From assembly GCA_050263095.1 (NCBI GenBank), contig JBLNEW010000043.1, positions 986-64,985 on the forward strand: a stretch of DNA of 64,000 nt, read 5' to 3'. The stretch comes from Deltaproteobacteria bacterium. Its GTDB lineage: Bacteria; Desulfobacterota; Deferrimicrobia; Deferrimicrobiales; Deferrimicrobiaceae. The notes below the pieces were generated by a model, which saw nothing but the letters and a program-made list of their open reading frames with translations, had not been told where the DNA came from and made no database searches. Below, piece by piece: positions 43,965-54,962 of the stretch. A program made the translations under genes and the position numbers. How positions within the stretch are numbered: the stretch's first letter is position 1; each line of letters starts with the position of its first letter.

Positions 43965-45323
43965 GTGCAGATAGAAAAGGGCATCGACAAGATCGTCAAG
44001 ACCATCAGGATGATGATCCTTGACCAGCCCGGATTCCTCGGGAAGGTCGCTTCCGCGATCGGCGCCGCCGGCGGGAACATCGGCGACATCAGGCTGGTCG
44101 GCTTCGGGCTGGAATACAACACCCGCGACCTCACGGTATTCGTCGACGACGACGCCCACCTCCAGGCAGTGCTGGAGGAGGTGGGGAAGGTCGAAGGCGT
44201 CATAATTTCCGACATCATCGACCCCGTCCTCGAGCTGCACAGGGGCGGGAAAATAGCCGTCAAGGCTCGCATGGCGGTAGACAGCATCTCCGTCATGCGC
44301 AAGATATACACGCCCGGCGTGGCGAAGGTGTGCAAGCTCATCCAGCGCAAGCCGGACCTCGCCTACGATTACACCGTCATCGGCAACTCGGTCGCGATCG
44401 TGACAAACGGAACGGCGATCTTGGGCCTCGGGGACATCGGGGCGGTGCCCGGCATGCCGGTCATGGAAGGGAAAGCGGCCCTTTTCGACGCGCTCGTGGG
44501 GATCAACGGCATTCCGATCCTCATCCAGTCGCTGGACACCGAGGAGATCATTCGGACGGTCGCGTCCATCGCGCCGACGTTCGGCGCCATCAAGCTCGAG
44601 GACATCAGGGCGCCCGAGTGCTTCGAGATAGAGGACCGGCTCGACGCCATGCTCGATATACCGGTGCTGCACGACGACCAGCACGGGACCGCGGTCGTCG
44701 TGCTCGCGGCCCTTCTCAACGCGAGCAAGTACGTCGGCATGCAGGTGAAGAACGACACCGTCGGGATGGTGGGGCTGGGCGCCGCCGGGATGGGGATCTC
44801 CAAGCTGCTTATGGCCTACGGCGTCCGCAAGATGCTGGGGACAGACATCAATCCCACGGCGAAGGAGATCTTCGCAAAGGTCGGCGGGAAGCCGGTTACC
44901 CTGCCCCAGATCATGGAATCGTCCGACATAGTCATAGCCACCACGGGGGTCCCCGGGCTGATAAAGAAGGAGATGATCCGCAAGGGCCAGGTGATCCTGG
45001 CCCTGTCCAATCCGAAGCCCGAGATCTTCCCCGATGAGGCGCGCGCCGCCGGGGCATCGTTCGCCGCCGACGGCCGGGGCGCCAACAACGCCCTGGCGTT
45101 CCCCGGAGTCTTCCGGGGGGCGCTGAACGCGCGGGCTCGCAAGATCAACAACCGGATGAAGATCGCGGCCGCGAAGGCGATCAGCTCGTTCGCAGACACG
45201 GGCGAGCTGGTCCCCTCCATACTCAACCTGGAAATGCACGCCAGGGTGGCCGAGGCGGTGGAGCGGGCGGCGTTCGAGTCGGGCGTCGCGCGCACCCGCG
45301 CCGAGGAAATCGAGGAAACCTAG
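43965..45323 (+). CDS. NAD(P)-dependent malic enzyme with N-terminal ACT domain
   Basis: ACT DQPGFLGKVASAIG; YTPGVA, TNGTAILGLGDIG, PVMEGK, LEDI, HDDQHGT, LSNP, NNALAFPG. Confidence 0.93.
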   Translation: MQIEKGIDKIVKTIRMMILDQPGFLGKVASAIGAAGGNIGDIRLVGFGLEYNTRDLTVFVDDDAHLQAVLEEVGKVEGVIISDIIDPVLELHRGGKIAVKARMAVDSISVMRKIYTPGVAKVCKLIQRKPDLAYDYTVIGNSVAIVTNGTAILGLGDIGAVPGMPVMEGKAALFDALVGINGIPILIQSLDTEEIIRTVASIAPTFGAIKLEDIRAPECFEIEDRLDAMLDIPVLHDDQHGTAVVVLAALLNASKYVGMQVKNDTVGMVGLGAAGMGISKLLMAYGVRKMLGTDINPTAKEIFAKVGGKPVTLPQIMESSDIVIATTGVPGLIKKEMIRKGQVILALSNPKPEIFPDEARAAGASFAADGRGANNALAFPGVFRGALNARARKINNRMKIAAAKAISSFADTGELVPSILNLEMHARVAEAVERAAFESGVARTRAEEIEET

Positions 45324-46576
45324 GGCTTCTCCCGGCCCCTCCTGCGGATGATTACAGCCGCTGCAAGCAGGAGGACGACCGCCGCCAGCGCGATCAGGGC
45401 GATCATAGGAACCGGGATCCCTCCCTTCGCTGGTATTACTACGCGCGACACGGGAATCGATATCAGCAGGAGCTCGGGCGCGATGTCGGGCGTGGGGATC
45501 TCGTAGGCAAGCGCAACCTCGGCCGTAGCCGGCTTCCGGTCGACGAACGGGAATACGTGCGTGATCTCCCGCGTCTCCTTCGGCCTGATCCGGCTGTCCT
45601 TCAGCACCTCGCGCGCGGAAGTGAATATAAGCTCCGCCTTCTCCAACGGCTTCCCGGTCCCGTCTCCAAGAACGCGCTCGAAAACCTCCTCCTTGCGCCC
45701 CAGGATCGTTCCGGAGGCGTCGAAGAGCAGCGACGAAAGGCGAAGCCGGTGGGTCGGCATCCCCGACGGCGTCATGTGCCCGACCAGATCGTTCTTCAGC
45801 TGCACGTTTACCCGCGCTTCCCTGCCGGACACCTTGAGGGAGGCCCGCAGCGAGATCGCCTTTGACATACGCTCCCTCGAGTGCCCTCCCGCCATGGAGT
45901 GGTCGAGCGGTCCCTTCCCCTTCCCTCCGGGATCGATGAACCGGGCGTCGAAAAGCTGCGGGAGGTGGCAGAACTGGCAGTGCACCCCTTCCCCGCGATA
46001 GAAGCTGTCTGCCCACTCGCTGTAGGTCGAAAGGACCTTCACCCCGAAATCGTTCCGGAATTCGTGGCACCCCTCGCAGAACTCGGAGGTTATGTGCAGC
46101 CTGGAAAACTTCGTGACGTGGACGCTCTTCCCCGGCTCTCCGCCGCGCGGTCCGAACTTGAACGCGGGATTCGCCTTGAACCTCGGCATCGAGTCTTTGC
46201 GGCCGACCGATTCCACGGAATGGCAGAAATCGCAGGTCACCCCCTCGAGGGCGAATTCCCCGGCGCGAGGGTCGCCGGGGGCGAGGAGGAACCTGACGGG
46301 ATTGTGGCACTGTTCGCAGCCGGCCGCCTTTTCCGGACGGCTTCGACGGATCCGTTCGTACGGAAGCTGGAAGGCGGGGCCGCTGAAGGAGCTTGCGTGT
46401 TTCGAGGAGCGCCACGTGCGGTAGATCTCGGGATGACACTGCGCGCACGCGGTCGCAGGCTGGAACGAAGTCGGATCTCCGGCCGCGGCTGCGCCCCTTC
46501 CTCCCCCCCACGGCGGCAACGGGCATGCCGCAAGGATGAACAGGGCGATGGCGGCCGCATGGGATATGCGGTTCAT
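45320..46576 (-). CDS. Pentaheme c-type cytochrome (c554-like N-domain) with C-terminal membrane anchor
   Basis: Signal peptide; CAQCH, CEQCH, CDFCH, CEGCH, CQFCH; W..SKH; GHMTPSG; C-terminal TM plus basic tail. Confidence 0.88.
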   Translation of the reverse strand: MNRISHAAAIALFILAACPLPPWGGGRGAAAAGDPTSFQPATACAQCHPEIYRTWRSSKHASSFSGPAFQLPYERIRRSRPEKAAGCEQCHNPVRFLLAPGDPRAGEFALEGVTCDFCHSVESVGRKDSMPRFKANPAFKFGPRGGEPGKSVHVTKFSRLHITSEFCEGCHEFRNDFGVKVLSTYSEWADSFYRGEGVHCQFCHLPQLFDARFIDPGGKGKGPLDHSMAGGHSRERMSKAISLRASLKVSGREARVNVQLKNDLVGHMTPSGMPTHRLRLSSLLFDASGTILGRKEEVFERVLGDGTGKPLEKAELIFTSAREVLKDSRIRPKETREITHVFPFVDRKPATAEVALAYEIPTPDIAPELLLISIPVSRVVIPAKGGIPVPMIALIALAAVVLLLAAAVIIRRRGREKP

Positions 46577-46633
46577 CTGCGGTATTTTATCATGTAGTAT
46601 CGGGAGGACCGGGGAAAACACAATGGGGGGCCG

Positions 46634-47260
46634 ATGAACGGATCCTGGATTCTGGGCGGGTCGCTCGTCCTGTTCGGCTACTTCCTGGGTTCGGTTCCCT
46701 TCGGAATCCTCGTGGCGCGGCTGTTCGACCGGAACGTCAACCTGCGGGAAATCGGCTCCGGGAACATCGGCGCGACAAACGTGGCTCGCGCCGCGGGCAG
46801 ATCGGCCGGAATCCTCACGCTCGCGCTGGATGTCGGTAAGGGCATCTTCGTCATGGTGCTCACCTACATGCTCGTAGGCGAAGAGTACCTGTGGCTATCG
46901 CTTGTCGGCGGCGCCGTCTTCCTCGGGCACGTCTTCTCGGTCTACCTGAACTTCAAGGGAGGGAAGGGCGTGGCGACGGCGCTGGGCGTCATCCTGGCGC
47001 TGTCGCCCGTAACGGCCTTCATCCTGGTCGTCCTTTTCACCCTCATGGTCTATTTCACCAGGTACGTTTCGCTCGGTTCCCTGAGCGCGGCGGTGGCGCT
47101 GCCGGTGCTGATGGCGCTGCTGGGGCCTCCATCCCGCGCCTGCGTCACCCTGTCCCTGCTGATCGCCTTCATCGTCGTGTACAACCACCGGGAGAACATC
47201 CATAGGCTGCTCTCCGGCCAGGAGAACAAGCTCGGCGGTTCGAAGGCGGCTTCTTCATGA
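46634..47260 (+). CDS. plsY: Glycerol-3-phosphate acyltransferase PlsY
   Basis: GYFLGSVPFG, GSGNIGATN, DVGKG, GH.FS...FKGGKGVAT, HRENI.RL. Confidence 0.95.
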   Translation: MNGSWILGGSLVLFGYFLGSVPFGILVARLFDRNVNLREIGSGNIGATNVARAAGRSAGILTLALDVGKGIFVMVLTYMLVGEEYLWLSLVGGAVFLGHVFSVYLNFKGGKGVATALGVILALSPVTAFILVVLFTLMVYFTRYVSLGSLSAAVALPVLMALLGPPSRACVTLSLLIAFIVVYNHRENIHRLLSGQENKLGGSKAASS

Positions 47261-47264
47261 CCCG

Positions 47265-47777
47265 CTAAAGCTTCCGCAGGTGTTTTTCCCTTTTTCGCTC
47301 CTGCTTCTTGAGACGGCGCCCCTCGCCCTTCTTTTTCCCCGCGCTTCCGGAACCGGACTCGTCCTCCGGGCCTCCCTTTATTTCCTCCACCCAATCGTCG
47401 AAGAGGCGCGCGGCGAACTCTTCGCAGGATACGACGGCGACGGTGCGTGAGGGCAGGGTGCCCGCAAGGCCTCGGTCGGAAGTGACCACGATCGTTCCGG
47501 GAGACGCACTCCTGGAAAGGTCCCGGATGACGTCATCCGCGGTTTCATGGCGGGAGGAGTAGACGGCCGTCCCCCCCTTGAACGCCTGGCGGGTCCGTTC
47601 CGGATTTCCCGATCCGCGAGCGTCGAAAACGGCCGTCAGGCGAAGCCCTTTTTTCCTGGCGTATGCCGATAGGCGCGAACATAGCGCGTTCCGCTCTTCG
47701 GGGCTTCCGGCTCCCCCCTCGAGGGGGAGCGCCCCGGACCGCGCCAGGTTGTACCCGTCGACGATCAGGTGTCCCAA
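47265..47777 (-). CDS. NYN domain (YacP-like) ribonuclease
   Basis: LIVDGYNL, AVFD, ETADDVI, VVTSDR; TTG start. Confidence 0.85.
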   Translation of the reverse strand: MGHLIVDGYNLARSGALPLEGGAGSPEERNALCSRLSAYARKKGLRLTAVFDARGSGNPERTRQAFKGGTAVYSSRHETADDVIRDLSRSASPGTIVVTSDRGLAGTLPSRTVAVVSCEEFAARLFDDWVEEIKGGPEDESGSGSAGKKKGEGRRLKKQERKREKHLRKL

Positions 47778-47782
47778 TAAAG

Positions 47783-48346
47783 TTATTTCCCGAAGTCGAC
47801 CTTGGGGACTTCCTTGGCGGCACCTTCCGCCTCGAAGAACGGCTTCGCCTTGAACCCGGCAACCCCGGCGACGAGGCTGTTCGGGAATACCCTGATGTCG
47901 GTATTGAACTCGCCCACCGCGGCGTTGTACCTCATCCGCTCCACGGAGATGCGGTTCTCGGTGCCCGCGAGCTCGTCCATCAGGCGGATGAAAGTCTGGT
48001 CGGCCTTCAGCTGCGGGTAGTTTTCCACAACGACCAGGAGGCGGGATAGGGCGGTGGAGACCTCGGCGTTGGCCTTCATCGTCTCTTCAGGGGTCCTGGC
48101 TCCCGCAAGTTTCGCCCGGGCTGCGGCCACGTACTCGAAGACCTCCTTTTCGTGGGCGGCGTACCCCTTCACCGACTGTACCAGGTTGGGAATCAAGTCC
48201 CCGCGGCGCTGAAGCACGTTCTGGACCTGTCCCCACTTCTCGTTCACGGCCACGTCCTTCCGGACGATACCGTTGTATGCGCCGACGCCCTGGAACACCA
48301 TGAGTGCGACCAACGCCACCAAAACGATCCAGATCTTCTTGCTCAT
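47783..48346 (-). CDS. lemA: LemA family protein
   Basis: WGQVQNVLQRRGDLIPNLV, ENYPQLKA, DELAGTENRISVERMRYN. Confidence 0.93.
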   Translation of the reverse strand: MSKKIWIVLVALVALMVFQGVGAYNGIVRKDVAVNEKWGQVQNVLQRRGDLIPNLVQSVKGYAAHEKEVFEYVAAARAKLAGARTPEETMKANAEVSTALSRLLVVVENYPQLKADQTFIRLMDELAGTENRISVERMRYNAAVGEFNTDIRVFPNSLVAGVAGFKAKPFFEAEGAAKEVPKVDFGK

Positions 48347-48395
48347 CGTTTCCCTCCGTTCTTGATCGTATCGTGCCGCGTGGATCCCCTTGGAT

Positions 48396-49151
48396 TTACC
48401 ATCCCCCGCCGGCGCCGCCCCCGCCCGAGGAGCCTCCACCGAACCCGCCGAATCCGCCGCCCCCGCCGAACCCCCCGCCGAATCCGCCGCCTCCGAAACC
48501 GCCGTAGTAGCCCGCGCCCCTGTGCCGCCTGCCTATGCCGAACACGCTGGACAGGATTCCGCGGATGAGAAGGAACGCGCCCACCGCCAGGAAAATGACA
48601 AGGTCCAGCGGAAACGGAAATTTCTTTCGCTTCCTCGTTTCCTTCGGCATGTCCGCCGTTCCGAATCCGAGGGCGCTCCCTACGGCCTTGACGCCCATGA
48701 AGATCCCCTCGCCGTACCGGGACTGCCGAAACAGCGGCCGCAGGACACGGTCGCGTATCTCGCCGACCTTGCCGTCCGGCAGGACTCCTTCCACGCCGTA
48801 TCCGGTCGCGATCCACATCTTGCGGTCGTCGGCGACGACGAGGATGAGAACGCCGTTGTCCTTCCCCTTCTTGCCGATCTTCCATCGGTCGAATACCTGC
48901 TGGGCATACTGCTGCGCGTCGAGCGGGGCGGTGGTCTTCACGGTCAGCACCGCCACTTCGGCGGTCGTCTGCCGCTCGATGTCCCCGCACAGCTTCTCGG
49001 TCCTCGCGGCCCATTCGCCCATGATGCCGGCCGTATCGCTTACGTAACCGGCCGGCTTCGGGATCGCAGGCTCCTGCGCAACGCAGATCGCGGACGCGGC
49101 AAGGAGTACGAGAAGCGCGAAAGACGCGGCGCGCACCTTCGGTAAAAACAT
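48396..49151 (-). CDS. TPM domain membrane protein (YgcG-like)
   Basis: GYVSDTAG, WKIGKKGKDNGVLIL, GYGVEGVLPD, Gly-rich tail ending GGGW. Confidence 0.92.
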   Translation of the reverse strand: MFLPKVRAASFALLVLLAASAICVAQEPAIPKPAGYVSDTAGIMGEWAARTEKLCGDIERQTTAEVAVLTVKTTAPLDAQQYAQQVFDRWKIGKKGKDNGVLILVVADDRKMWIATGYGVEGVLPDGKVGEIRDRVLRPLFRQSRYGEGIFMGVKAVGSALGFGTADMPKETRKRKKFPFPLDLVIFLAVGAFLLIRGILSSVFGIGRRHRGAGYYGGFGGGGFGGGFGGGGGFGGFGGGSSGGGGAGGGW

Positions 49152-49901
49152 CTACCTGGCGGCCTCAGAGCGGTAGCAATCCGCCAGGGAGCAGAGCCGC
49201 TCCACCTCGTCCTGGTACGCGAAGAAGAGTTCCTCGGCCCGCGCCGGCGGGATCTTTTCACCGCTCCTGCCGGCCAACGCTTCCCGGATGGCCGGCAGCG
49301 AGACGCCGAAAAATTTCTCGACAGCGTCGAGAATGTCCGTTTTCTTGTGCGGCGCCTCCCGGTCCGAAAGAAGGAGCAGCCCGCGCGCCACCGAAACGAT
49401 CGGTCCGACCGTGTCGTTCAGGAGCCCCAGCAGCTCCTTGTTGCCGAACGTCCCCATGTACATCCGGCGCAGGGCGAGCAATTTCCCTTTAAGCTCGAAC
49501 TCGACCTGGTGCCGCAGGTTGGCCTGGCCTATGTTCAGCTCCGCCACTACGTCCCTCCCGGAGACGACGCGACGCCGCTCCGCCATCCCGAGGAACTCCA
49601 GCGGGAAGACGTCGGACGAATCCTTGAGGAAGGCTTCGGTGAAGATGGGAGGAGCCGGTATCCCGCGACGGGCGTACCGGTGCGCGATCCCCCGGAAGGC
49701 GGACAGCGCATCCCTCCGCAGGGCGCGCACGACGATCAGGGCGGAAACCTCGGCTCCGGCCTTTTCCGTCTGCTCCGCCGCGTGGCTGCCGTAGACGGTG
49801 AGGGAGACCAGTTCCTCGCCGAAAATCTTTTCCACTTCCGCACGGAACTCTTCCAGAAGGCCCGCGCCCACGGTCCCCTCCTTTGCCTGATAAAAAGGCA
49901 C
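49152..49901 (-). CDS. Nucleotidyltransferase-fold hypothetical protein of the lemA-TPM cluster
   Basis: LVSLTVYGS, SDVFPLEF, LRHQVEFELKGKLL; start may be 49871. Confidence 0.7.
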   Translation of the reverse strand: MPFYQAKEGTVGAGLLEEFRAEVEKIFGEELVSLTVYGSHAAEQTEKAGAEVSALIVVRALRRDALSAFRGIAHRYARRGIPAPPIFTEAFLKDSSDVFPLEFLGMAERRRVVSGRDVVAELNIGQANLRHQVEFELKGKLLALRRMYMGTFGNKELLGLLNDTVGPIVSVARGLLLLSDREAPHKKTDILDAVEKFFGVSLPAIREALAGRSGEKIPPARAEELFFAYQDEVERLCSLADCYRSEAAR

Positions 49902-50041
49902 GACGTGACTGCCGATTGGGCAAACATTCTACCATCGTCCCCGGAAGGGCGCCATCGCGCGAGGCGCAGCCGGGTCCGATCGCCCGGAAAATTCGATATT
50001 TTTCCGCCGCACCCGGGGAAAATGCACGACGGCGGCCGTCT

Positions 50042-50056
50042 TGGTACGGCCGTTGC
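50042..50056 (+). promoter_or_regulatory. Sigma54 promoter of glnB-glnA
   Basis: TGGTAC-GGCCG-TTGC, 28 nt before the glnB ATG. Confidence 0.8.
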
Positions 50057-50081
50057 TCTGATTCCAGGGACGAGGAGGTGA

Positions 50082-50423
<342 letters not shown>

Positions 50424-50463
50424 AGCAGATCGGAATATCCGGACAAACCCCAAGGAGGGATAC

Positions 50464-51876
<1,413 letters not shown>

Positions 51877-51918
51877 GACGCGAATCCTCTGCGGCGGATC
51901 CAGGAGCCCCGAGGAAAA

Positions 51919-52003
51919 GGCGCCAAGGATGGCGCCGGCAGCTTGCCGAGGCGGGTAGCTTCTGTCTGGACGGGATGTCCAGGCAGAAGCGCCCTGCCGT
52001 TTT
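51919..52003 (+). other. Multi-hairpin element after glnA (terminator / REP-like)
   Basis: GGCGCCA-AGGA-TGGCGCC; CGGCA-GCT-TGCCG; GCTTCTGTCTGGAC-GGGAT-GTCCAGGCAGAAGC followed by T-run. Confidence 0.6.
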
Positions 52004-52079
52004 CGAGGCCCGGTTTCGCGGTTTACCCGGGGATACTTCGCCCTTTCATTCAGTGAGCGTTCTTAATATCCTATTTCGC

Positions 52080-53432
52080 ATGCCTTATCGATTCGTTTCC
52101 TTGTCCGTATCCGTATTCCTTATTTTCCTCCTCGCTGTTCCGTGCCGGGCGCAGGTGCAGGACAACGCCGCGTCGTCTCCGGAAGTTTCCTTCGAGGATG
52201 CCGTCCGTACCGCGCTTTCGAACGCCCGGGAGGTGCGGCTGGCGGCGCATGACGTCCGCATACGGACCGAGGGCAGGACCGTGGCGGCGTCGAGGCGGCT
52301 TCCGAGAGTGGACGCGAGCGCGGATTACACCGCGCTCTCGGAGCCGCCGTCTGTTTTCATCCAGGGAAACCCGATACAGACCTCGGACCAGAACGTCTGG
52401 CGCGCGAGGGTCACCGCAGAGCAGACCATCTTCGATTTCGGCAGGACGCGGTCGCGTGTGGACCAGGCCGATGCACGGATCGACAACGCGGTGCGCAACG
52501 AGGGACTGGCGAGGGAGCGGCAGGCGCTGGAAGTGATATCCGCTTTTCTTTCGGCCAAGCGCGCGGAAGAGCTGCGGCAGGTCGCCGAGGAGTCGCTTGC
52601 CACGGCGAAGGACCACCGGCGGGTGGCGGGGGACCAGTACGAGTTCGGCGTCGTGGCGAAGAACGACGTGCTGGCCGCCGACGTCCAGGTGGCGAACGCC
52701 GAGTCCGCGCTCATCGTCGCCGAAAACCAGGCGGAGCTCTCCCGATCGCGCCTGGCCCTGCGCATGGGTTACCCCGGCGACCGGTCTTTTTCGCCTGCCC
52801 CCGGCCCTTTCCCCGTCCCGCCGCCGGCGGTTCCGCCGCTCTCCGAGAGCCTGCGAACTGCCCTGGAGAAAAGAAACGAACTGCGCGCACAGGATGCCGT
52901 GGTCAGGGAAGGCGAGGCCGCCGTCTCGGCGGCGCGGACCGAGTTCGCCCCCACGCTATTCGGGCAGGGGGGCTATTCGTACGAGACCAACGATTTCAAC
53001 CCGAACAAGAGCGTCTTTTCCATTCTCCTCGGCGGGAAGGTGAACCTGTTCTCCGGGTTCGCCGACGACGCGTCGCTTCGCCAGGCGCGCGCAAACGTAA
53101 ATCGCCGCAAGGACGCTCTGGGCAAGTTGCAGGACGAGGTGGCCCTCGACGTGAAGGGTGCGCACCTGTTCGTCGCCGAAGCCGAGAAGAGGAAGGCGGT
53201 GGCAGTGGTCGCCGTCGCCCGCGCGGAGGAGAACCTGCGCATCCAGAACGACCGGTACATGGAGGGGCTTTCCATCTCCACCGAAGTGCTGGACGCCCAG
53301 GCGCTGCTGACGCGCGCGAAGGTCGACAGGCAGAACGCGGTTTACGACCTGTTCGAGGCGCGATACCGCCTGCTGGCGGCACGCGGAGAGCTGCTGGAAT
53401 TCCTGGCTCCTATGATCGTCGCCGGGCGGTAA
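52080..53432 (+). CDS. TolC family outer membrane efflux protein
   Basis: Signal peptide; two OEP repeats (RLPRVD...EQTIFDFG; FAPTL...VNLFSG; RYMEG...EVLDAQ). Confidence 0.9.
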   Translation: MPYRFVSLSVSVFLIFLLAVPCRAQVQDNAASSPEVSFEDAVRTALSNAREVRLAAHDVRIRTEGRTVAASRRLPRVDASADYTALSEPPSVFIQGNPIQTSDQNVWRARVTAEQTIFDFGRTRSRVDQADARIDNAVRNEGLARERQALEVISAFLSAKRAEELRQVAEESLATAKDHRRVAGDQYEFGVVAKNDVLAADVQVANAESALIVAENQAELSRSRLALRMGYPGDRSFSPAPGPFPVPPPAVPPLSESLRTALEKRNELRAQDAVVREGEAAVSAARTEFAPTLFGQGGYSYETNDFNPNKSVFSILLGGKVNLFSGFADDASLRQARANVNRRKDALGKLQDEVALDVKGAHLFVAEAEKRKAVAVVAVARAEENLRIQNDRYMEGLSISTEVLDAQALLTRAKVDRQNAVYDLFEARYRLLAARGELLEFLAPMIVAGR

Positions 53433-53436
53433 CGAA

Positions 53437-54873
53437 ATGTCCGTCCGTTTGCAGCAGCTCTATCTTTCTTCCCTTCTTCTTATCGCCTTGTCGTTTTCCG
53501 CCTGCTCGGTCGTAAGCGACGGCAGCATTTCCATAAAGCTGTCCTTTCCCGGGGACAACGCCGCCTCGACGGCCGCGGCCGGTTCCGCGGCAGAGACGAC
53601 TCAGCCTCTTTATACGAAGCTCCCCGGCAACCGCATACTGATCCGGGTGCTGGCGCCGCACATCGCCGCGCCCATCGAGGCCTGGTTCGACCGGTCAGCG
53701 GGAAGAGGGGAGATCACGGGGATTCCGCCGGGGACCAGGATCGCCGTGGAAGTGGACGAGTACGACAACACCGCGGCGACGCTCCTCGGCCGCGGCTGGG
53801 CGCAGGGGATCGCTCTCTCCGCCGGCGAGCACAAGGAAGTTCCGGTAATCATGTACGACAAGGGTGCGATCGTCCGCGTCTGCGGCGCCCCCCCCGTCTC
53901 CGGCGCAGGCACATCCGGCGACTCCGGCGACGGCGGATTGGCGATCGACGCGCTCCTGGACAACCCGCTCGCGGTCAAGATCGGCCCCGGCGACGAGATC
54001 TTCGTCTCATCCTCCCAGTTCAACCGCATCCGCAAGATCGACCGGTACGGGTACATCTCCCACTACGCGGGGAACGGTTTGCCTGGAACGCTCACGGACG
54101 GTCAACCGGCGGCAACCTCCCCGATAGGCTCCGTATACGACTTGGACATTGGTCCTTCAGGCGATCTCTTCCTGATCACCGGCGACCAGCAGATTGTTAA
54201 GGTGGATTCGTCGACAGGATCGGTAACGGTTAAATACGACGGCCAGAAAGGGATCTTCAATCCTTCGGCGAAACCTGACCTTGCCGTGGCAAACGACAAC
54301 GAGATCTATTACACCAACGGAATGGAGAGCAAGGTCTACCTCGTCCAGGACAACGTCCGTTCCGACTACGTCTGGGACAACGGCACCTCCTCGACCGCCG
54401 AGGGGGCCTTCAAGAACACCTATCCGCTAAGATATCCTTCAAGTGTTTCCTATAATCCCGCAGTTCCAAATCTATACTTTGCGGACCGTGATAATGGTCG
54501 TATCAAATTTGTTGCCATGGGAATTGACACGATCTACACGAAAATTGGGAAGGGAGTATCCGGTTTTTCAGAGGGAATCGATGTTGATAATGTTGCTTTA
54601 ACATTACCTGTCCTTTGTGAATTTCATATAACTTCCAACAATTTATTTTTCAGGGAACGTGATTTTCACGGAATAAGAATCGTACTTCCAACAAACAAAG
54701 TTTATAGTTTCGCTGGCATGGGCACCGCAGGTTATTCCGGCGACGGGCTGGCAGCCACTTCCGCCGCGCTTAACAATCCTTCCGCTGTGGCGGTCGACTC
54801 CCGCGGCAACGTATACATAGCCGACTCCGGCAACCATGCCCTCCGGGTGGTCATCGGCGGCGCCTTGCCTTGA
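53437..54873 (+). CDS. NHL-repeat lipoprotein
   Basis: Lipobox FSAC; GDSGDGGLA..A.LDNP; GYSGDGLAATSAALNNPSAVAVDSRGNVYIADSGNH. Confidence 0.82.
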   Translation: MSVRLQQLYLSSLLLIALSFSACSVVSDGSISIKLSFPGDNAASTAAAGSAAETTQPLYTKLPGNRILIRVLAPHIAAPIEAWFDRSAGRGEITGIPPGTRIAVEVDEYDNTAATLLGRGWAQGIALSAGEHKEVPVIMYDKGAIVRVCGAPPVSGAGTSGDSGDGGLAIDALLDNPLAVKIGPGDEIFVSSSQFNRIRKIDRYGYISHYAGNGLPGTLTDGQPAATSPIGSVYDLDIGPSGDLFLITGDQQIVKVDSSTGSVTVKYDGQKGIFNPSAKPDLAVANDNEIYYTNGMESKVYLVQDNVRSDYVWDNGTSSTAEGAFKNTYPLRYPSSVSYNPAVPNLYFADRDNGRIKFVAMGIDTIYTKIGKGVSGFSEGIDVDNVALTLPVLCEFHITSNNLFFRERDFHGIRIVLPTNKVYSFAGMGTAGYSGDGLAATSAALNNPSAVAVDSRGNVYIADSGNHALRVVIGGALP

Positions 54874-54880
54874 CCCTGCA

Positions 54881-54957
54881 ATAAATTTGGGGGGGGGTTT
54901 TTTAGTTTTTGATGGAGAATCTCCATCAATTATTGAAAATGTACCCCCCCTATTTAT
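54881..54957. repeat. 77-bp imperfect palindrome
   Basis: Symmetric about 54919: perfect core TTGATGGAGA-A-TCTCCATCAA, G-run/C-run, outer ATAAAT/ATTTAT. Confidence 0.75.
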
Positions 54958-54962
54958 ATGTA

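Noticed and set aside
43908-46526. 939-aa minus-strand ORF (43707-46526)
   Set aside because: Antisense to malic enzyme and off-frame within the cytochrome gene, with low-complexity Arg/Gly/Pro composition; only the last 66 codons (Zn ribbon) look real
48396-48510. Short GC-rich repeats at the TPM gene 3' end
   Set aside because: Encode the normal GGFGG tail of TPM proteins
54100-54873. Diversity-generating retroelement target in the NHL gene
   Set aside because: No reverse transcriptase and no template repeat seen in the window
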